Source: a virus
IMG/VR virus record: IMGVR_UViG_3300045988_034366
Length of the DNA: 64,000 bases
Reading direction: 5' to 3' (one strand)
The notes under the pieces were generated by a model. That model did no database searches. It was not told where the DNA came from and was given only the letters and a program-made list of their open reading frames with translations. Shown here one piece after another: positions 11,001 through 22,200 of the stretch. How positions within the stretch are numbered: the stretch's first letter is position 1; the number at the start of each line of letters is the position of its first letter. The translations under genes and the position numbers were made by a program.

Positions 11001-14000
11001 ACTTAACATCACTTAGTCTTCTTACCTCATCTAATGCCAAGTTCTTAGATTCTTGGTTAGATGTTGTAGAAGAAGCATTACTTATAGAGTTAGCAGCTAA
11101 CTTGGATAAGTTAGCTATCTCTTGTCCACTATTCTCCTTATATGCTTCTGTAACAGGGTCTTCAACTACTCCTTCTTTATCAGCCTCTTGGCTTCTCTTA
11201 GCACTCTCTTCAGCAGTAGAAGTACCCATTTCCATTAAGCTAGGTCCTTGTGCAGCAGGAGTTTTTGGAGGAGCAGATTGCTCAGAAGTAGTAGGAGTTA
11301 CAGGAGTATCTTTTGCATTATTTTCTTTTTCTTGTAATGACTTATTATATTCCTCTATAACACTTTTATATGCTTGTATTGCTTCTCCTACACTTGTAAA
11401 TACTGATTTATAGTCATCAGCAATATTACTATTTACATCATTTACATATTGCTCAAATAAAGAATTTCCTTGCTCATCTTGCTCAGCCAATGCAGAAACA
11501 GCAGCATCAACATCTTTTACATCAATACCCTTATTACTTAGATACTTTAAAGTATCTGCAAATACAGATTTTGCATTATCATCTAATTTATTAAAAGCTT
11601 CAATTTGATTAGTATTAAGGTTTTCATAAAAATCACTTAATACTTTTTTCTTCTCATTATATGTTTTAAGAAATTCTGAATCTGAATCAACCAAAAGACC
11701 TATGGCTGCATTTGCTGCTAGCCTATCATCTCCTTCATTAATTTTATCTAGTTCTCTTGCAAAAGAATTATAATCACCTTGTTCCTCAAGGTCTAATAAA
11801 TAATTATATTTTTTTCTAAGTATTCTTTCCTGTGCTGCATTTTTAATATTTGAAGCCTCTCTAATAAAAGATTGTGGATTTGCCATCATTTCTAGCTGTC
11901 TCTGCATTGCTGATTCATAGCTGAAAGAAAGCTTATTAACATCTTGTATTTTAGAGGAAAAATCTTGAAAAGTTTGAACTCCTATTCTATTAACTTTATC
12001 TATTTCTGCTTGTTGCTCCTGAGAATAATTGTTTCTATTAGCTGGGTTAAGCATAATAGCTCTACTTCTAGAATCTAAGTTCATTATATCTAGAGCAGAC
12101 ATTACAGGCTGCTTCTTTTCATTTAGATTAGAATCAATATTTTCTGTGCCAACAAAACTTGTATAATTATCTTGTAAAGATTTTAATTCTCTTTGTTCCT
12201 TCTTTATAAATTTAAGAACATCTTTATACTTATTTCTCATGTAAGAGGTTAGCTGTTTCTCTTCCTCTGTGGTTGCTGTTTTTTGGTCTTCCTTTAATTC
12301 ACCTAATGCTTCTGAAACTTTCTTTTTCTGTTCTTCTAATTCACCTAATCTAGCATTTAGCTTATCTAAACTTCCAAATCTAGCTAATACTGTTTTAACA
12401 TGAGAGTTAAGTGGAGTGCTTGATGTGCCTCTATCTTCTTTAGCAATAGCAGTTCTAACTGAATTAAGTTCTTCATTTAACTTATCTATTCTATTTTTAG
12501 CATCTTTACTAGAGACTCTTTGAAATACTAATCCTGCCTTTACATCTTTATCTAGTTCCTCACCATATAGACTTTCTACATCTTTAGTTTCAGTATTTAC
12601 CTCCTCTATTAAATTTAACATTTTAGAAGCAGAGGATTTAATTTCTTGTAATGCCTCTTCCTTTGTTATTTCTTGACCTCTATTGAGAGCATCTTGAGTA
12701 TAGATTGCAACTAATTTGGATTCTTCTGAATTTTCATCTTCTAAGTTTTCTTCTTTAAGGTCTGCTCTGGCCTTCAAACTTGCCATAACTGTATCATAAT
12801 AACCAGTACCTTCAAGAGAATTTAAAGTAATAACATTGGAAAATAAAGCACCAAATCTAGAATTTCTTACTTCCATTTGGTCTTTATTTTCAGCAGCCTG
12901 TTCAAGCTGCCTCATCCATTCAGAAGTGCTCTTTATATTAAAGAAAGCTTCTTGATTTTCTGGCTTGGAGAAGAAATCATTTATATTTTTAGCTATTTCT
13001 TCTCTTCTAGTATTAACAGCATCAGCTTCAGAACTATTAATAAGAGGGCCTATAGCACTTCTCCATCCAATTGGAGACTTTCTATTTATATAGTTATATA
13101 AGCTTTCTCCTTCCTTTCTCTCTCCACCTCTAGTATTGTTAAGAGCATGAGAGTTAATATTAAAACCTCCCATAAGTGTAGAAAGCCCACCATATAAAAA
13201 GTCTTTAAAAGCTTCCTTAGATATTGCAGTTCCTAATAATGACCTAAAACCAGCAGCCATGCTAGAAGAAATATCATTATCTAAGGCTTCTTCCATTGTT
13301 CCACCTGAATATTTATTATTTAAATATTGTGAATATTTATCTTCTGCATAGCCTTCTGCATAGCTACTAGATAAATCTTGAGCATACTCTTCTAAACCTT
13401 CACCTAAAGATTCTTTTAATCTATGACCAAAAGCTTGTAATCTTTTATACTTTTTAGCATTAGCAACCCATCTATCTCCTTCTCTAACTATATCAATACC
13501 TTCTCTTCCAAGTGGAGATTTCATTAGACCATACTTTCTAAGAGTATTTTGGACAGAAGGTGCTTGAAGTCCTGCTTTTAAAGTAGCATTTATAAAGCCA
13601 TTAATTACAGAATTACCTATAAAATTAGTGTACATTGCAGTTCTTGCAGACTCTTCAGCAGCAACTCTATCTTCAGCTATACTATTAGCATATTTACTTA
13701 AAGCAGAATTTACAACCTCCTCATTATTCTGTAACATAGTAATCATTTGATTTATTTCTTGTTCAGAATAATTTGTATTGACTTTTCCTTCTACAGTTGT
13801 AGTAGCTCTTTCAGGAATATCATATCCCTTAGCTCTAAGTAATCTTGCTGCACTTAATGGATTATTCCTAACTTGGGTAGCAATATCATCTTGTGCCATT
13901 TTAGTATATCTATTATCTATATCTGCATTTAAACTATTAAGAGTTTCTTGTTTACTTCGAGCAGCTTCCATACCACCTTCAACAGTGCCTATTCCACCAG

Positions 14001-15210
14001 CCACAAGAAAGTTACCTACACCTTTAGCTTTAGTAATACCTCTTAGCAATCTAACACCTTTTGCAGTAGTATTTAAACCTTTTGAGGCTGTAGCAACCTT
14101 TGCTGCCCATGCAGCACCCTTGGCTGTTGCATTAACTGCTGCTGAACTACCAAATGACAATATAGTACTAGCAGTGGTGAATCCATATTGACCAAATAGT
14201 TCAAATGGAGTATTCAGTGACAATATAGATTCCTGCTGGTCTACTGTGTTTAAGATTGGGTTATCTGATAGCCCAAGTGCCTCTAATCTTTTTTGTTCTT
14301 CTGGGTCATAGGTATTAGTAGTAGCTACTCTATCGCCATATCTAGTTACTGCATTATCAATTACATTTTCCCAATAACCTTCTCCCTCTTCTTTTCCTAT
14401 GGTAGTCAATGCTCCAAGCATACCAGCAGCCCTAATCAGCATACCAGCAGCACTATCTATAAATTGGGCACCTGAATTTACAGCTTTTTCCCAAAAAGAT
14501 TGATTATTAGCTACAATATTCTGATAATGTTCTCCTAGTGCCTTTTGAGCAAAGGTACTACCTCCTACCTCATTCCATGCTTGAAAATTAGATATAAGAT
14601 TTATTTTATCTTCATCACTAAGAGATAATTTATCTGTACCATTATATTTTTTATATAATGGAGATAAAGAGTTAGACATTGTGTCTAACTCTTTAAGAAC
14701 TTTTTGTAAATTATCCCCATCAAGTGAATGAAGGTATTCCCTATATTTACCTGCCCTCCTCTCTGATTCATATTTTAGGACATTCATAGCTTGCCTAGTA
14801 TAAGGAACTTCAGGTAATAGGCTTCTAGGCTCTCCTGGGCCACCATAGTTCTCTACAAACTCTCTGGCAACATATATATCTCTTTCTCGTAGAGTTAAGT
14901 TATTTCTAGATTTCCAAATCTTTTGCTTTTCTGGGTCTGTACTATTTTTAAATAATTCATCAAATACACTATTTCTAAAAAGTTCATCTCTTACATCAGA
15001 GGGTTTACCTTCTATTTGTTTTAAATATCTTTTCTCCCAATCTGCTCTAGCAGAATCATCTAGACCCTTAAGACCTTTAAAGTAAGCTCTTCTTCTTTGT
15101 AGTTTTTCATTTTCTTGTCTCTCTGCTAATGTAGGAACACGATTAGAGACAGGTGCCATTCCAGGACCTACCCAAGTCTGATTTGACATTATATCATTAA
15201 AAACTCCCAT
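8035..15210 (-). CDS. Giant 2391-aa virion/ejected multidomain protein with C-terminal PD-(D/E)XK (RecB/Cas4-like) nuclease domain
   Basis: ATG ORF, last gene of the leftward late block. Has Ala/Gly-rich hydrophobic segments and long coiled-coil/acidic regions. C-terminal motifs: YARVTSII, GTGIDELV, DLLAYDGKGNFYIFDMKT, QLTLY. Confidence 0.6.
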   Translation of the reverse strand: MGVFNDIMSNQTWVGPGMAPVSNRVPTLAERQENEKLQRRRAYFKGLKGLDDSARADWEKRYLKQIEGKPSDVRDELFRNSVFDELFKNSTDPEKQKIWKSRNNLTLRERDIYVAREFVENYGGPGEPRSLLPEVPYTRQAMNVLKYESERRAGKYREYLHSLDGDNLQKVLKELDTMSNSLSPLYKKYNGTDKLSLSDEDKINLISNFQAWNEVGGSTFAQKALGEHYQNIVANNQSFWEKAVNSGAQFIDSAAGMLIRAAGMLGALTTIGKEEGEGYWENVIDNAVTRYGDRVATTNTYDPEEQKRLEALGLSDNPILNTVDQQESILSLNTPFELFGQYGFTTASTILSFGSSAAVNATAKGAAWAAKVATASKGLNTTAKGVRLLRGITKAKGVGNFLVAGGIGTVEGGMEAARSKQETLNSLNADIDNRYTKMAQDDIATQVRNNPLSAARLLRAKGYDIPERATTTVEGKVNTNYSEQEINQMITMLQNNEEVVNSALSKYANSIAEDRVAAEESARTAMYTNFIGNSVINGFINATLKAGLQAPSVQNTLRKYGLMKSPLGREGIDIVREGDRWVANAKKYKRLQAFGHRLKESLGEGLEEYAQDLSSSYAEGYAEDKYSQYLNNKYSGGTMEEALDNDISSSMAAGFRSLLGTAISKEAFKDFLYGGLSTLMGGFNINSHALNNTRGGERKEGESLYNYINRKSPIGWRSAIGPLINSSEADAVNTRREEIAKNINDFFSKPENQEAFFNIKSTSEWMRQLEQAAENKDQMEVRNSRFGALFSNVITLNSLEGTGYYDTVMASLKARADLKEENLEDENSEESKLVAIYTQDALNRGQEITKEEALQEIKSSASKMLNLIEEVNTETKDVESLYGEELDKDVKAGLVFQRVSSKDAKNRIDKLNEELNSVRTAIAKEDRGTSSTPLNSHVKTVLARFGSLDKLNARLGELEEQKKKVSEALGELKEDQKTATTEEEKQLTSYMRNKYKDVLKFIKKEQRELKSLQDNYTSFVGTENIDSNLNEKKQPVMSALDIMNLDSRSRAIMLNPANRNNYSQEQQAEIDKVNRIGVQTFQDFSSKIQDVNKLSFSYESAMQRQLEMMANPQSFIREASNIKNAAQERILRKKYNYLLDLEEQGDYNSFARELDKINEGDDRLAANAAIGLLVDSDSEFLKTYNEKKKVLSDFYENLNTNQIEAFNKLDDNAKSVFADTLKYLSNKGIDVKDVDAAVSALAEQDEQGNSLFEQYVNDVNSNIADDYKSVFTSVGEAIQAYKSVIEEYNKSLQEKENNAKDTPVTPTTSEQSAPPKTPAAQGPSLMEMGTSTAEESAKRSQEADKEGVVEDPVTEAYKENSGQEIANLSKLAANSISNASSTTSNQESKNLALDEVRRLSDVKFDNADDYADALLQSANKLDSQSEEDGDNEGRAASLLRAAATRVRAKADKTKSEKESTQNTSQNQEANLAQRKAGSQNSIRIVINLDAALMDTIPIAWIRQNYPNSPLVKYYDNHRIEEFLETDFMSNKPTVMFISDPQLAESVKADMESRNLKYTDDNIPLIAVVKVPTGGITIKVDGKDKHFQPIGIMPKTGSEHANGSNRLGAIRNLIDRQDPGQLIKDTDGDIVTTTIGGNVIAEAPKQLPATEPNRSAISLQINDLNEKEKKELQALSKPDRRKNPIYWRMKQEFLKKLAIATPEGKGKYLYYALPNLKGQTIPIREFTIPIHLTRDRNSERLISELFNNNDIAAALNSNSRIHRAAKKLKEFFSENFNVKEMYFEVDEKGDTVPTESTDKILKTASNKLTETLAKFLSLPSRDGWKYVITPTSETRKDGRRMFTLSIVNNDGAKIELGKVTNGQMTEETQFEIIKNLIMDGSSVRVLSAKESFVKWNIPYNDIQNMNTDRVAMDNISDIYDDGILGFSKDSLRYHIKGFSLNAPFTLQGEVNYTKQDEVSSPTNAQPTAPLNQPVVAANDQVTTPKGTIVDSESGAVLEGESASPTQSSTNVKPIVDSIVANSKIIQLSEDGKYYINTRTGKKYARVTSIIQADEHSDGKFDPNNPWVVPSTNIGTGIDELVRDFFAGKLKDNYPNIGKNQIDSFVSQLQGLKNSLDAQGLTVVPRDVVATGSIEVTDSEGKKHTIDVAGTLDLLAYDGKGNFYIFDMKTHHSANVGGKIDKWRRQLTLYKTFLESQYGIKVKSLNIIPIKVEYPTPKGVGNSTNEFTVKEGNQLLLNGKEFTGANPNLGMTIALNPIELNVLFDNLTEEEKSQIRESEASQSEVGTIEKVSAKEEGDGSFVEPTTGLRKAKSKDLRRKKKGKGGAVKKPVERLTPVPAKYQWGKFEGATTSDGDTIDAKLATSNLEKAGYTEESWNQLSDEEMQHELDCKGV

Positions 15211-15240
15211 ATCTTATCTTAATTTAGAGTTTAATTTTTA

Positions 15241-16590
15241 TTATTTAACATCTCCCATCTTTGTATCTCCTGTCATGCTAGAAACAAGTCCATACTCATT
15301 AGTATTTTTCGGCACTACTCTTACATAATCTCCATCTACATATATATCTACATCATCTAAAGTAGCCCCTTCTTCTTCCTTAAGATACTTATTTAACTCT
15401 CCCCTTTGATAATCATTTAATTGTGCAACATCCCATTTTGATGCCTTCTCAGGATTAAATCCTGAACCCTTCACAAATTTCTTCTTTCCAATTTTAAAAT
15501 CTTTATATGCAGATTTAAGCTTTCCTTTGTTACCACTGTCTCCACCTATAGAGTTGCCGCTTTCATCATACATTTTCTTTGAGTATCTAATTTCACTTCT
15601 CCTTCCTTCTTTATCTACAGTCCAATAAGCATCACCCGCTCTGTAATATCTAGTTCCATCAAGAGTTATATGATATGGTTCTCTTCCAGATTCAATTGAG
15701 TCTTGTAGTTTAGCAAAATCAAACTTATCTCTATCCAATTTTATGCTTGCCCATCTAGCACTGCTTGCATCTCTTTCAGCCCTACTCATATATTCACCAT
15801 TGGCAACATAGTTATATGTAGGTTTAGCTAATCCTGCATACATCCCAGTAGCGATAATATTATTAATTTTGGATTGACCCTCTAAAGAATATTTACTTAA
15901 ATCGATAGAGCTTAATTCATCCTCCATTATCTTTCTCATTTGCCTTCCTGCCTCAGTATTAATATTCTCAGGATGAAGTAATATCTGAGTAAGTTCTTCA
16001 GGACTTATTCCATTTAATTGAGAAATTTGATATTGCTGACCATTAAGGAATAGCTTTGCAGTTGGATTACTATATAGTGACCTACCAAGAGCTTCTGCCT
16101 TAGCTGCAACTCTTTTTAAGGTAGAATCCCCATCCCAATAAGCATTATTAGGTCTTCTTCCTCCTAAGAAGTCATCTATAGAATTATATCTATCTATCTC
16201 AAATACAGCATTAGGGTTCTTTGCTTTAATGTCAGCCCTAAATGCTTCTGCCTTATCAAATGCTTCACTAGCTCTAGCTATTGGAGTAATCTCAGAGGCA
16301 TATCTCCTTTTAAGACCCATCAAAGCTCCTCTATTTGAGAGAGTCATACCTTTACTAAAGTCATCAACCATCCTAGATAAATCATCTGAGTAGGTTTTAT
16401 ACATTTTGTAGGCTACAGGACTATTCTCTTGATTAGCAATATCCCTCCATGCCTCAGTTTGCATGGCTAGATTAGTATAATCAGCTTCCGCTTTATCATA
16501 TGCTTCCTTATATTGTACTAAAGGCTTGACAAGCTCATCATATGAGAATGGCCTAAACCTCGCATTAGAAACTATACTATATGATGCCAT
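15241..16590 (-). CDS. Virion-associated protein, unknown function (449 aa)
   Basis: ATG ORF, 1-nt spacing to the upstream gene, inside the tail/ejected-protein block. Confidence 0.6.
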   Translation of the reverse strand: MASYSIVSNARFRPFSYDELVKPLVQYKEAYDKAEADYTNLAMQTEAWRDIANQENSPVAYKMYKTYSDDLSRMVDDFSKGMTLSNRGALMGLKRRYASEITPIARASEAFDKAEAFRADIKAKNPNAVFEIDRYNSIDDFLGGRRPNNAYWDGDSTLKRVAAKAEALGRSLYSNPTAKLFLNGQQYQISQLNGISPEELTQILLHPENINTEAGRQMRKIMEDELSSIDLSKYSLEGQSKINNIIATGMYAGLAKPTYNYVANGEYMSRAERDASSARWASIKLDRDKFDFAKLQDSIESGREPYHITLDGTRYYRAGDAYWTVDKEGRRSEIRYSKKMYDESGNSIGGDSGNKGKLKSAYKDFKIGKKKFVKGSGFNPEKASKWDVAQLNDYQRGELNKYLKEEEGATLDDVDIYVDGDYVRVVPKNTNEYGLVSSMTGDTKMGDVK

Positions 16591-16591
16591 A

Positions 16592-19123
16592 TTATCTTCT
16601 CTTCGTTAAAAGTTTACCACCATTCTTCCTTCTATAACCTTTGCTAATTCTATCTTGCATAGGTCCAAATACTCCATGCTCTACAGCCCATTGCATTTGG
16701 TTCCATCCTACATTTTCTGAGCCTATATCACCAAGACCTTGCACAAAGTTAGTAAGATTAGCTGACCTATTAGCATCTGCCAACCTTTTAGCATTTTCTC
16801 TCATTTGAGCTGCTGCTAAGGTTCCTTTCAGCCTGTAATCTCTTAGGTTGGCAAAAGCACTTTGATTAGCCATTGCAGCTTTTAATCCCATTTCAGCATT
16901 AGCTTGATTAGTGCCCCTATTAAATGCAGTAACTCTCTCTCTTTGGCCTTGGTTATATTCTTCAGCCTGTCTTACAAAATCTCCTAATCTACTTTGTGCA
17001 TTATAATCTGAAGCTACTAAACCAGCTAAAGCAGCTGCTCTATTACCAGCACTTTGATTTACAATAGCTCTTCTTGCAGCACCTGATTGTGCATTTAACT
17101 TGTTAGTATAGTAGTTTCTATCTAATGGATTATAAGTTAAATAGTCACCAAGAGATGCCGCAGAAACTGGCATGTAATTTCCACCATTTGCAGTAGCATC
17201 AAGTATAGCATCTGCATTGGAGTAGTCAGGGTTATTAGTTAATCCTAAAGCATCTGTAAATACACCAGCACCTGCTGCTGCTATAGGAGCATATCTCATC
17301 CAAGTTGGATACCTCTTGGTCTCATCACTATTACTACTTAGTGCTGGAATCTGAGAGGGTTTAGGAAGTTCTAACCCTTTTATTTTCTCTCCACTAAGAG
17401 CAAGAGGAGCAGGTTTTAATGATTCCCTATATTGATTATAGGCATATCTACCAAAATCATGTGCCTCCCCATATTTCTTATCATACATAAGTCCAGGACT
17501 AAAAATAGTGCCTACCATTTGGTCAAGTGTAGGAGCACTTTTATTACCAGCCTTAAAATAATCAGGAGCATTAGTACTATTCCACCAATCCTTTGATAGA
17601 TTATTATAGTTGTTTGCTAACCAAGATTGAAATCTAACATCTAGGTAATCTGGGCTATATGTTCCCTTTTCAGGGTTATATAACATATTTCCATTGCTAT
17701 CAGTAAAGCTATTCCATCCTTGAGCAATTCTACTATTAGTTACTCTGTTTCTGCCACTGTTACCATAGAAGGCATATGGGTCTGTTTGGTCAGGAGTTTC
17801 AAGAACATTTGGAACTTCACCAAGACCATCATATTTCCTTCCCAAAAGGCCACCTTGAGCATATTGCTGTCCCTGCATAGCTAATTGATTCATTGCTTGC
17901 TGTCTAAATTCAGGGTCTTTCATTTGATTTTTAAATCTCTCATCTTCTTGGATAGATGCTAATTCCCCAAGCATTACATCCAATCCTCTTTGGCTGATTG
18001 GGTCATTAGGTCTCTCTTCTGACTCCTTGGCTATCTTCTTGGCGGCATCTGCAAAAGTAATACCTTTACTATCTCTCAGCTTGTACTTACTCCTTACAGC
18101 TTTTGGTACTCTCATTCTATTGCTGAATACATAGTCATTGAAGATTACTTCTCCTTCCTCAACTAGGTTAGGAACACCTTGTGCATCCATACCCATTTGT
18201 ACACCCTCCATAGGATTTTCTTCATGAGTACCTCCATTACCTACTACAGTAAGGCCATTATTCCATTCTGCACCATTAGTAAGTAAACTACCACCAAAAG
18301 CGTGTTTCCATTTCCTAGCATTAAGAGCAAAGGTAGCCATCTTCTTTTGCTCAGGAGTACCATGCTCTTTATACCAAGTAGAAGATTTTCCCGTTCTCTC
18401 TTTTAATCTAGTAAATTTACCTCTATTCTCTGGTTTAATATGTATATTTCCACCATCAGCAAATGTATTGCCAAAGGGGGACATTGTTCCTGTATATCTC
18501 ATAGTCAGAGGTCCTCCATATGCTGCATAGTTAGCCAATGTATTTAAATTATTTTGTTCATCTAAATTGTCAGCAGCTAATCCAAAATTAGCTATTGCTA
18601 ATTGATTAGCAAAATCTCTTTGTCTATTAATTTCATTTGTTAGTCTTTTAGCTTTATTACTAAACCAGCCATCTTTACCAATATCTGATTTACTAACACT
18701 ATTTAATAGACCAAAGTTAGATTGGTTTAATAAGTCTGTAGTATTAGAAGCAGCAAATCGCATATTACTTTGTTGTGTATTAGCAGCTTTGGCTTCTTGT
18801 ACTGCCTGTTTATTTATTTGACTGCCAAAGGCTTTATTTACCAAGCCTCCAACTATGTTAAGTCCTGCTCCAGCTACAGCACCCCAAGGGCCAGGAATAG
18901 CACTAGCTATGCTACCCAGTCCTTGTATAGCATTGCCTGTTCCAGAGGAAAGTCCTCCTGAAATACCTTGGCCTACCATAGAACCAGCAGCACCAATAGC
19001 ACCACCAAGTACACCGCTATCAAAGGCATTGCTCATGTTCTTTCCAAAGCTAGCATCTTTGTCCCATGAGAATCCACCATCATCAAAATAGTTAGCTCTT
19101 CTCTTTCTTATTTTCTTAGCCAT
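16592..19123 (-). CDS. Virion/ejected protein with N-terminal glycine-zipper hydrophobic region (843 aa)
   Basis: ATG ORF with its own -7 box upstream. N-terminal GGAIGAAGSMVGQGISGGLSSGTGNAIQGLGSIASAIPGPWGAVAGAGLNIVGG. Confidence 0.6.
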   Translation of the reverse strand: MAKKIRKRRANYFDDGGFSWDKDASFGKNMSNAFDSGVLGGAIGAAGSMVGQGISGGLSSGTGNAIQGLGSIASAIPGPWGAVAGAGLNIVGGLVNKAFGSQINKQAVQEAKAANTQQSNMRFAASNTTDLLNQSNFGLLNSVSKSDIGKDGWFSNKAKRLTNEINRQRDFANQLAIANFGLAADNLDEQNNLNTLANYAAYGGPLTMRYTGTMSPFGNTFADGGNIHIKPENRGKFTRLKERTGKSSTWYKEHGTPEQKKMATFALNARKWKHAFGGSLLTNGAEWNNGLTVVGNGGTHEENPMEGVQMGMDAQGVPNLVEEGEVIFNDYVFSNRMRVPKAVRSKYKLRDSKGITFADAAKKIAKESEERPNDPISQRGLDVMLGELASIQEDERFKNQMKDPEFRQQAMNQLAMQGQQYAQGGLLGRKYDGLGEVPNVLETPDQTDPYAFYGNSGRNRVTNSRIAQGWNSFTDSNGNMLYNPEKGTYSPDYLDVRFQSWLANNYNNLSKDWWNSTNAPDYFKAGNKSAPTLDQMVGTIFSPGLMYDKKYGEAHDFGRYAYNQYRESLKPAPLALSGEKIKGLELPKPSQIPALSSNSDETKRYPTWMRYAPIAAAGAGVFTDALGLTNNPDYSNADAILDATANGGNYMPVSAASLGDYLTYNPLDRNYYTNKLNAQSGAARRAIVNQSAGNRAAALAGLVASDYNAQSRLGDFVRQAEEYNQGQRERVTAFNRGTNQANAEMGLKAAMANQSAFANLRDYRLKGTLAAAQMRENAKRLADANRSANLTNFVQGLGDIGSENVGWNQMQWAVEHGVFGPMQDRISKGYRRKNGGKLLTKRR

Positions 19124-19143
19124 AATATAATCAATAATTTTTG

Positions 19144-19151
19144 CAAAGATA
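19144..19151 (-). promoter_or_regulatory. Bacteroidota-type -7 promoter box (minus strand TATCTTTGCAA) for gene 16592-19123
   Basis: Matches TAnnTTTG, about 20 nt upstream of the ATG at 19123, directly after a hairpin. Confidence 0.55.
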
Positions 19152-19186
19152 ACAAATCATTTTTAAATATGAAAGACTTATATAGA

Positions 19187-19232
19187 AAAAGTAGTGATAG
19201 ACAAATTAAATAACTTATCTACCACTACTTTT
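19187..19232 (-). terminator. Hairpin terminator after the 1544-aa tail gene
   Basis: 14-bp stem AAAAGTAGTGATAG / CTACCACTACTTTT with one mismatch; short T-run on the minus strand. Confidence 0.5.
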
Positions 19233-19238
19233 CTTTGT

Positions 19239-22200
19239 TTATGTATAGTAAGTAACTGCTATATCATATAACCTCACCTCTTTGTTACTATTACCTGACA
19301 TTGCAATCTTTGCCCAAGGGTTTCTTATTCTATCTCTTTTGAACTTACCAAAAGAATTACTTCTGCCAACTTGCCATCTCCAAGTCCTAAACTTTTTCTT
19401 TAGAGAGCTTGTAGTAGATGTTGCTGTCTGGTATTCATTTGTAGTAACCAAAAGATTGAAAGGATAACTATCAGCTTTCCAATTAGTGAAATGTTCTATG
19501 CCATTAGTTCTGAACTCTATAGTATCAAATATCTTATCAAGATGGAACTCAGGATTAGCTATAACAGCAAGAGAGTATCCCTTATTTTCTCCAAAGAAGG
19601 TGCCATAGTCTCCTCCTCCTTGTAACTTCCAAACTTCATTACCCTTTACCTGATAAGTATTACCTTCAACATTGAACATCCACTCTACCTTACCATAGTC
19701 ATAAAATGAGGAGAATGCACCTAACTTTTCACTGAAAGCTAGTGAATCTGTGCTTGTTGTAAAGTAAATATCACTATTGTTCCTATCATAGAATGTTCTA
19801 ATAGCACCATAGTCTTCAGGATTCCATGAAGCTAAAGATACATTACTATTTATCCAAGAGTACATATTCTTGGTATATGTAAGGTCTGCTATGGATTGCC
19901 CATTAAAGGATAAGATACCTTGATTCAAATCATCTACAAAATATACTCCACTGGGAGTTTCAGCCATAGACCATTTATTTTGACAACCAAATTTATTTGT
20001 AATATACAATTTACCATCTACTTTACCACTATTAGCTAATTCAATTGGTAAACCATCAGAAGTATTTAGCTGTACTCTTGAATTAAAGTTTATTTTACTT
20101 ATACCTTTCTCTTGAAAAGAATATATTTCATTATTTATTCTTTTTAAAGAGGTAACTTTACCTAAATCACCATCTAAATCTAAAGCATTGTTCAAATGTA
20201 TATTTGTCCAAGAATCAGTCTCTTCCCCTAAAGTTTTTGTTAGAGACCATACAATTTGATTTGGGAATTTAGTGGTTGAAGACTTATCTTCTTCAAGATA
20301 TTTTGCTGTATAGAAATTATTACTTTGACTATAAACTTTATTAAATAAATTAAAGTTATTAGGATTTACACTGAGATTATTTTCATTTCCCCTATTTCTA
20401 TCATATCTTCCATCAATGTTTATTCTAGTTTCTACCATAAAAGAAGGAATATCAATAACTTGATTTATATCTTCTCTAGTATTACTATAAGTTTTTAAAT
20501 GGTCATATCTACAATAGAAGGTATCTCCTTGTGTAGCATATATGCTTGTAATATTTTCCTTAAAAGGTACATTATTACCACATACCTGCCATACATTATT
20601 GCTTAATACAGTCTCGTCGTCTCCACCAAAAGCATTTATTATTTTATCTCTATAAATCTCACCTATTAAATAATATCCAAAGTCTCCTGCATTACCATCA
20701 TACTCTGCTATTGAATAATCATTTATATTTATATAATCTTGATTAAAGTCATAATTATTAATATTTAAATCATCCTTATTAAATAGTACTTCTTTATTGA
20801 AAGTCATACTACCAGATTCATTAATAATATTACTATTATTCTTTAATTTGGGTAATAGATTATATTTATTATTCTTATAGTCTAAAACCATTACACCATG
20901 TCCTGTAGATTTATATTGTATAGGTACTGGGTCTTGGTTAAATCCTGGAACATTCTTATTATTTTGTAGAGGATAATAATTCTTTGCAGTATCTTCATAA
21001 ATAACACCTGCCCAAGAAAGTTGATAAGTTATCCTTTGTAAAATATTTATATCAGAGTCCTGTCTTAGGTTAGATGTATGTCCATGCCTACTAGCTGCTG
21101 ATAATAAACATTCATCTTTTATATTAGTAACATCCTCTTTCTTAGTTGCCTTAAAGGTCAATATTTTATCACAATTGCCTTTGTATTGTATATTTCTACC
21201 GAAAGCTTTTAGATTAATTATAGATGAAACTTGGTCACTATTAAATATTTTAAAATCTTGGATAGCACATTCTTTATACGTATTTAAGAATCTTGAAGGA
21301 AGGCATATCCTATAATTAGACATTATCTTTTTTGATAATATAGATTTTCTGTTAGCAGCATCAACAGTCTTAGGAGTATTATTAAGAGAGCCTTTTCTAT
21401 GCCAAGGATAAATTGCAAAAGAATTACCTACTCCCACATTCTCTCCTTGATATTGCATGCCAGTGTCATACTCTGAATCTACCCAGAATTGCCAATTAAT
21501 AAGACTTCTACTAGACACATTTTTCCCTGTTGAAGAAGCCCTTCTCCTTATAAAGGTATTAAAAGCACCTGCATAGGGATTAAATAGGTTTTCTGTTTGT
21601 ATAGTAATATCAGATAATGTATGTTTTAAGGGAGCATACCCTACAATTCTAAGTTTTATGTTACTATCAAGTGCTATATGGGTAAGTTCATCTGAATAAT
21701 TTAAATCTAATTCAGGAGAATGAATAGTTAATATTCTCTTATCAATACCATATACTTTATTAATATTATCAATATCACCGCTGTTTATTTCATAATTATC
21801 AATATTGTCTACACATTGTATTTCACCATTAAATTGCATTGCAGAAGGTAGGGTTTTCAATTTATATTTACCATCTTCTACAGTAAACATATTACTTTCA
21901 AGATAATTACCAGCATGTGCAAGACCTTGCATATCTATATTATTTCTTGTATTGTCTGGAATAAAAGTGTACTGTGGTCTTGCAAACCAATCACTTTGTA
22001 CATAAGGAGCATTATTATGTCTATCTCTTACATTATATAATGTAGAGCATAATATTCCTTGACACAATACTTTTCTTGTATTTACATCAGGATATACACA
22101 TAAGGGCCTAGCACCAATAAAACCATTAGCTTTAAATTCTTCTATAAGTTCTTTAGTAATAGTGATTCTTGCTATTGGCTTACTTTCTATTCCATCATTA

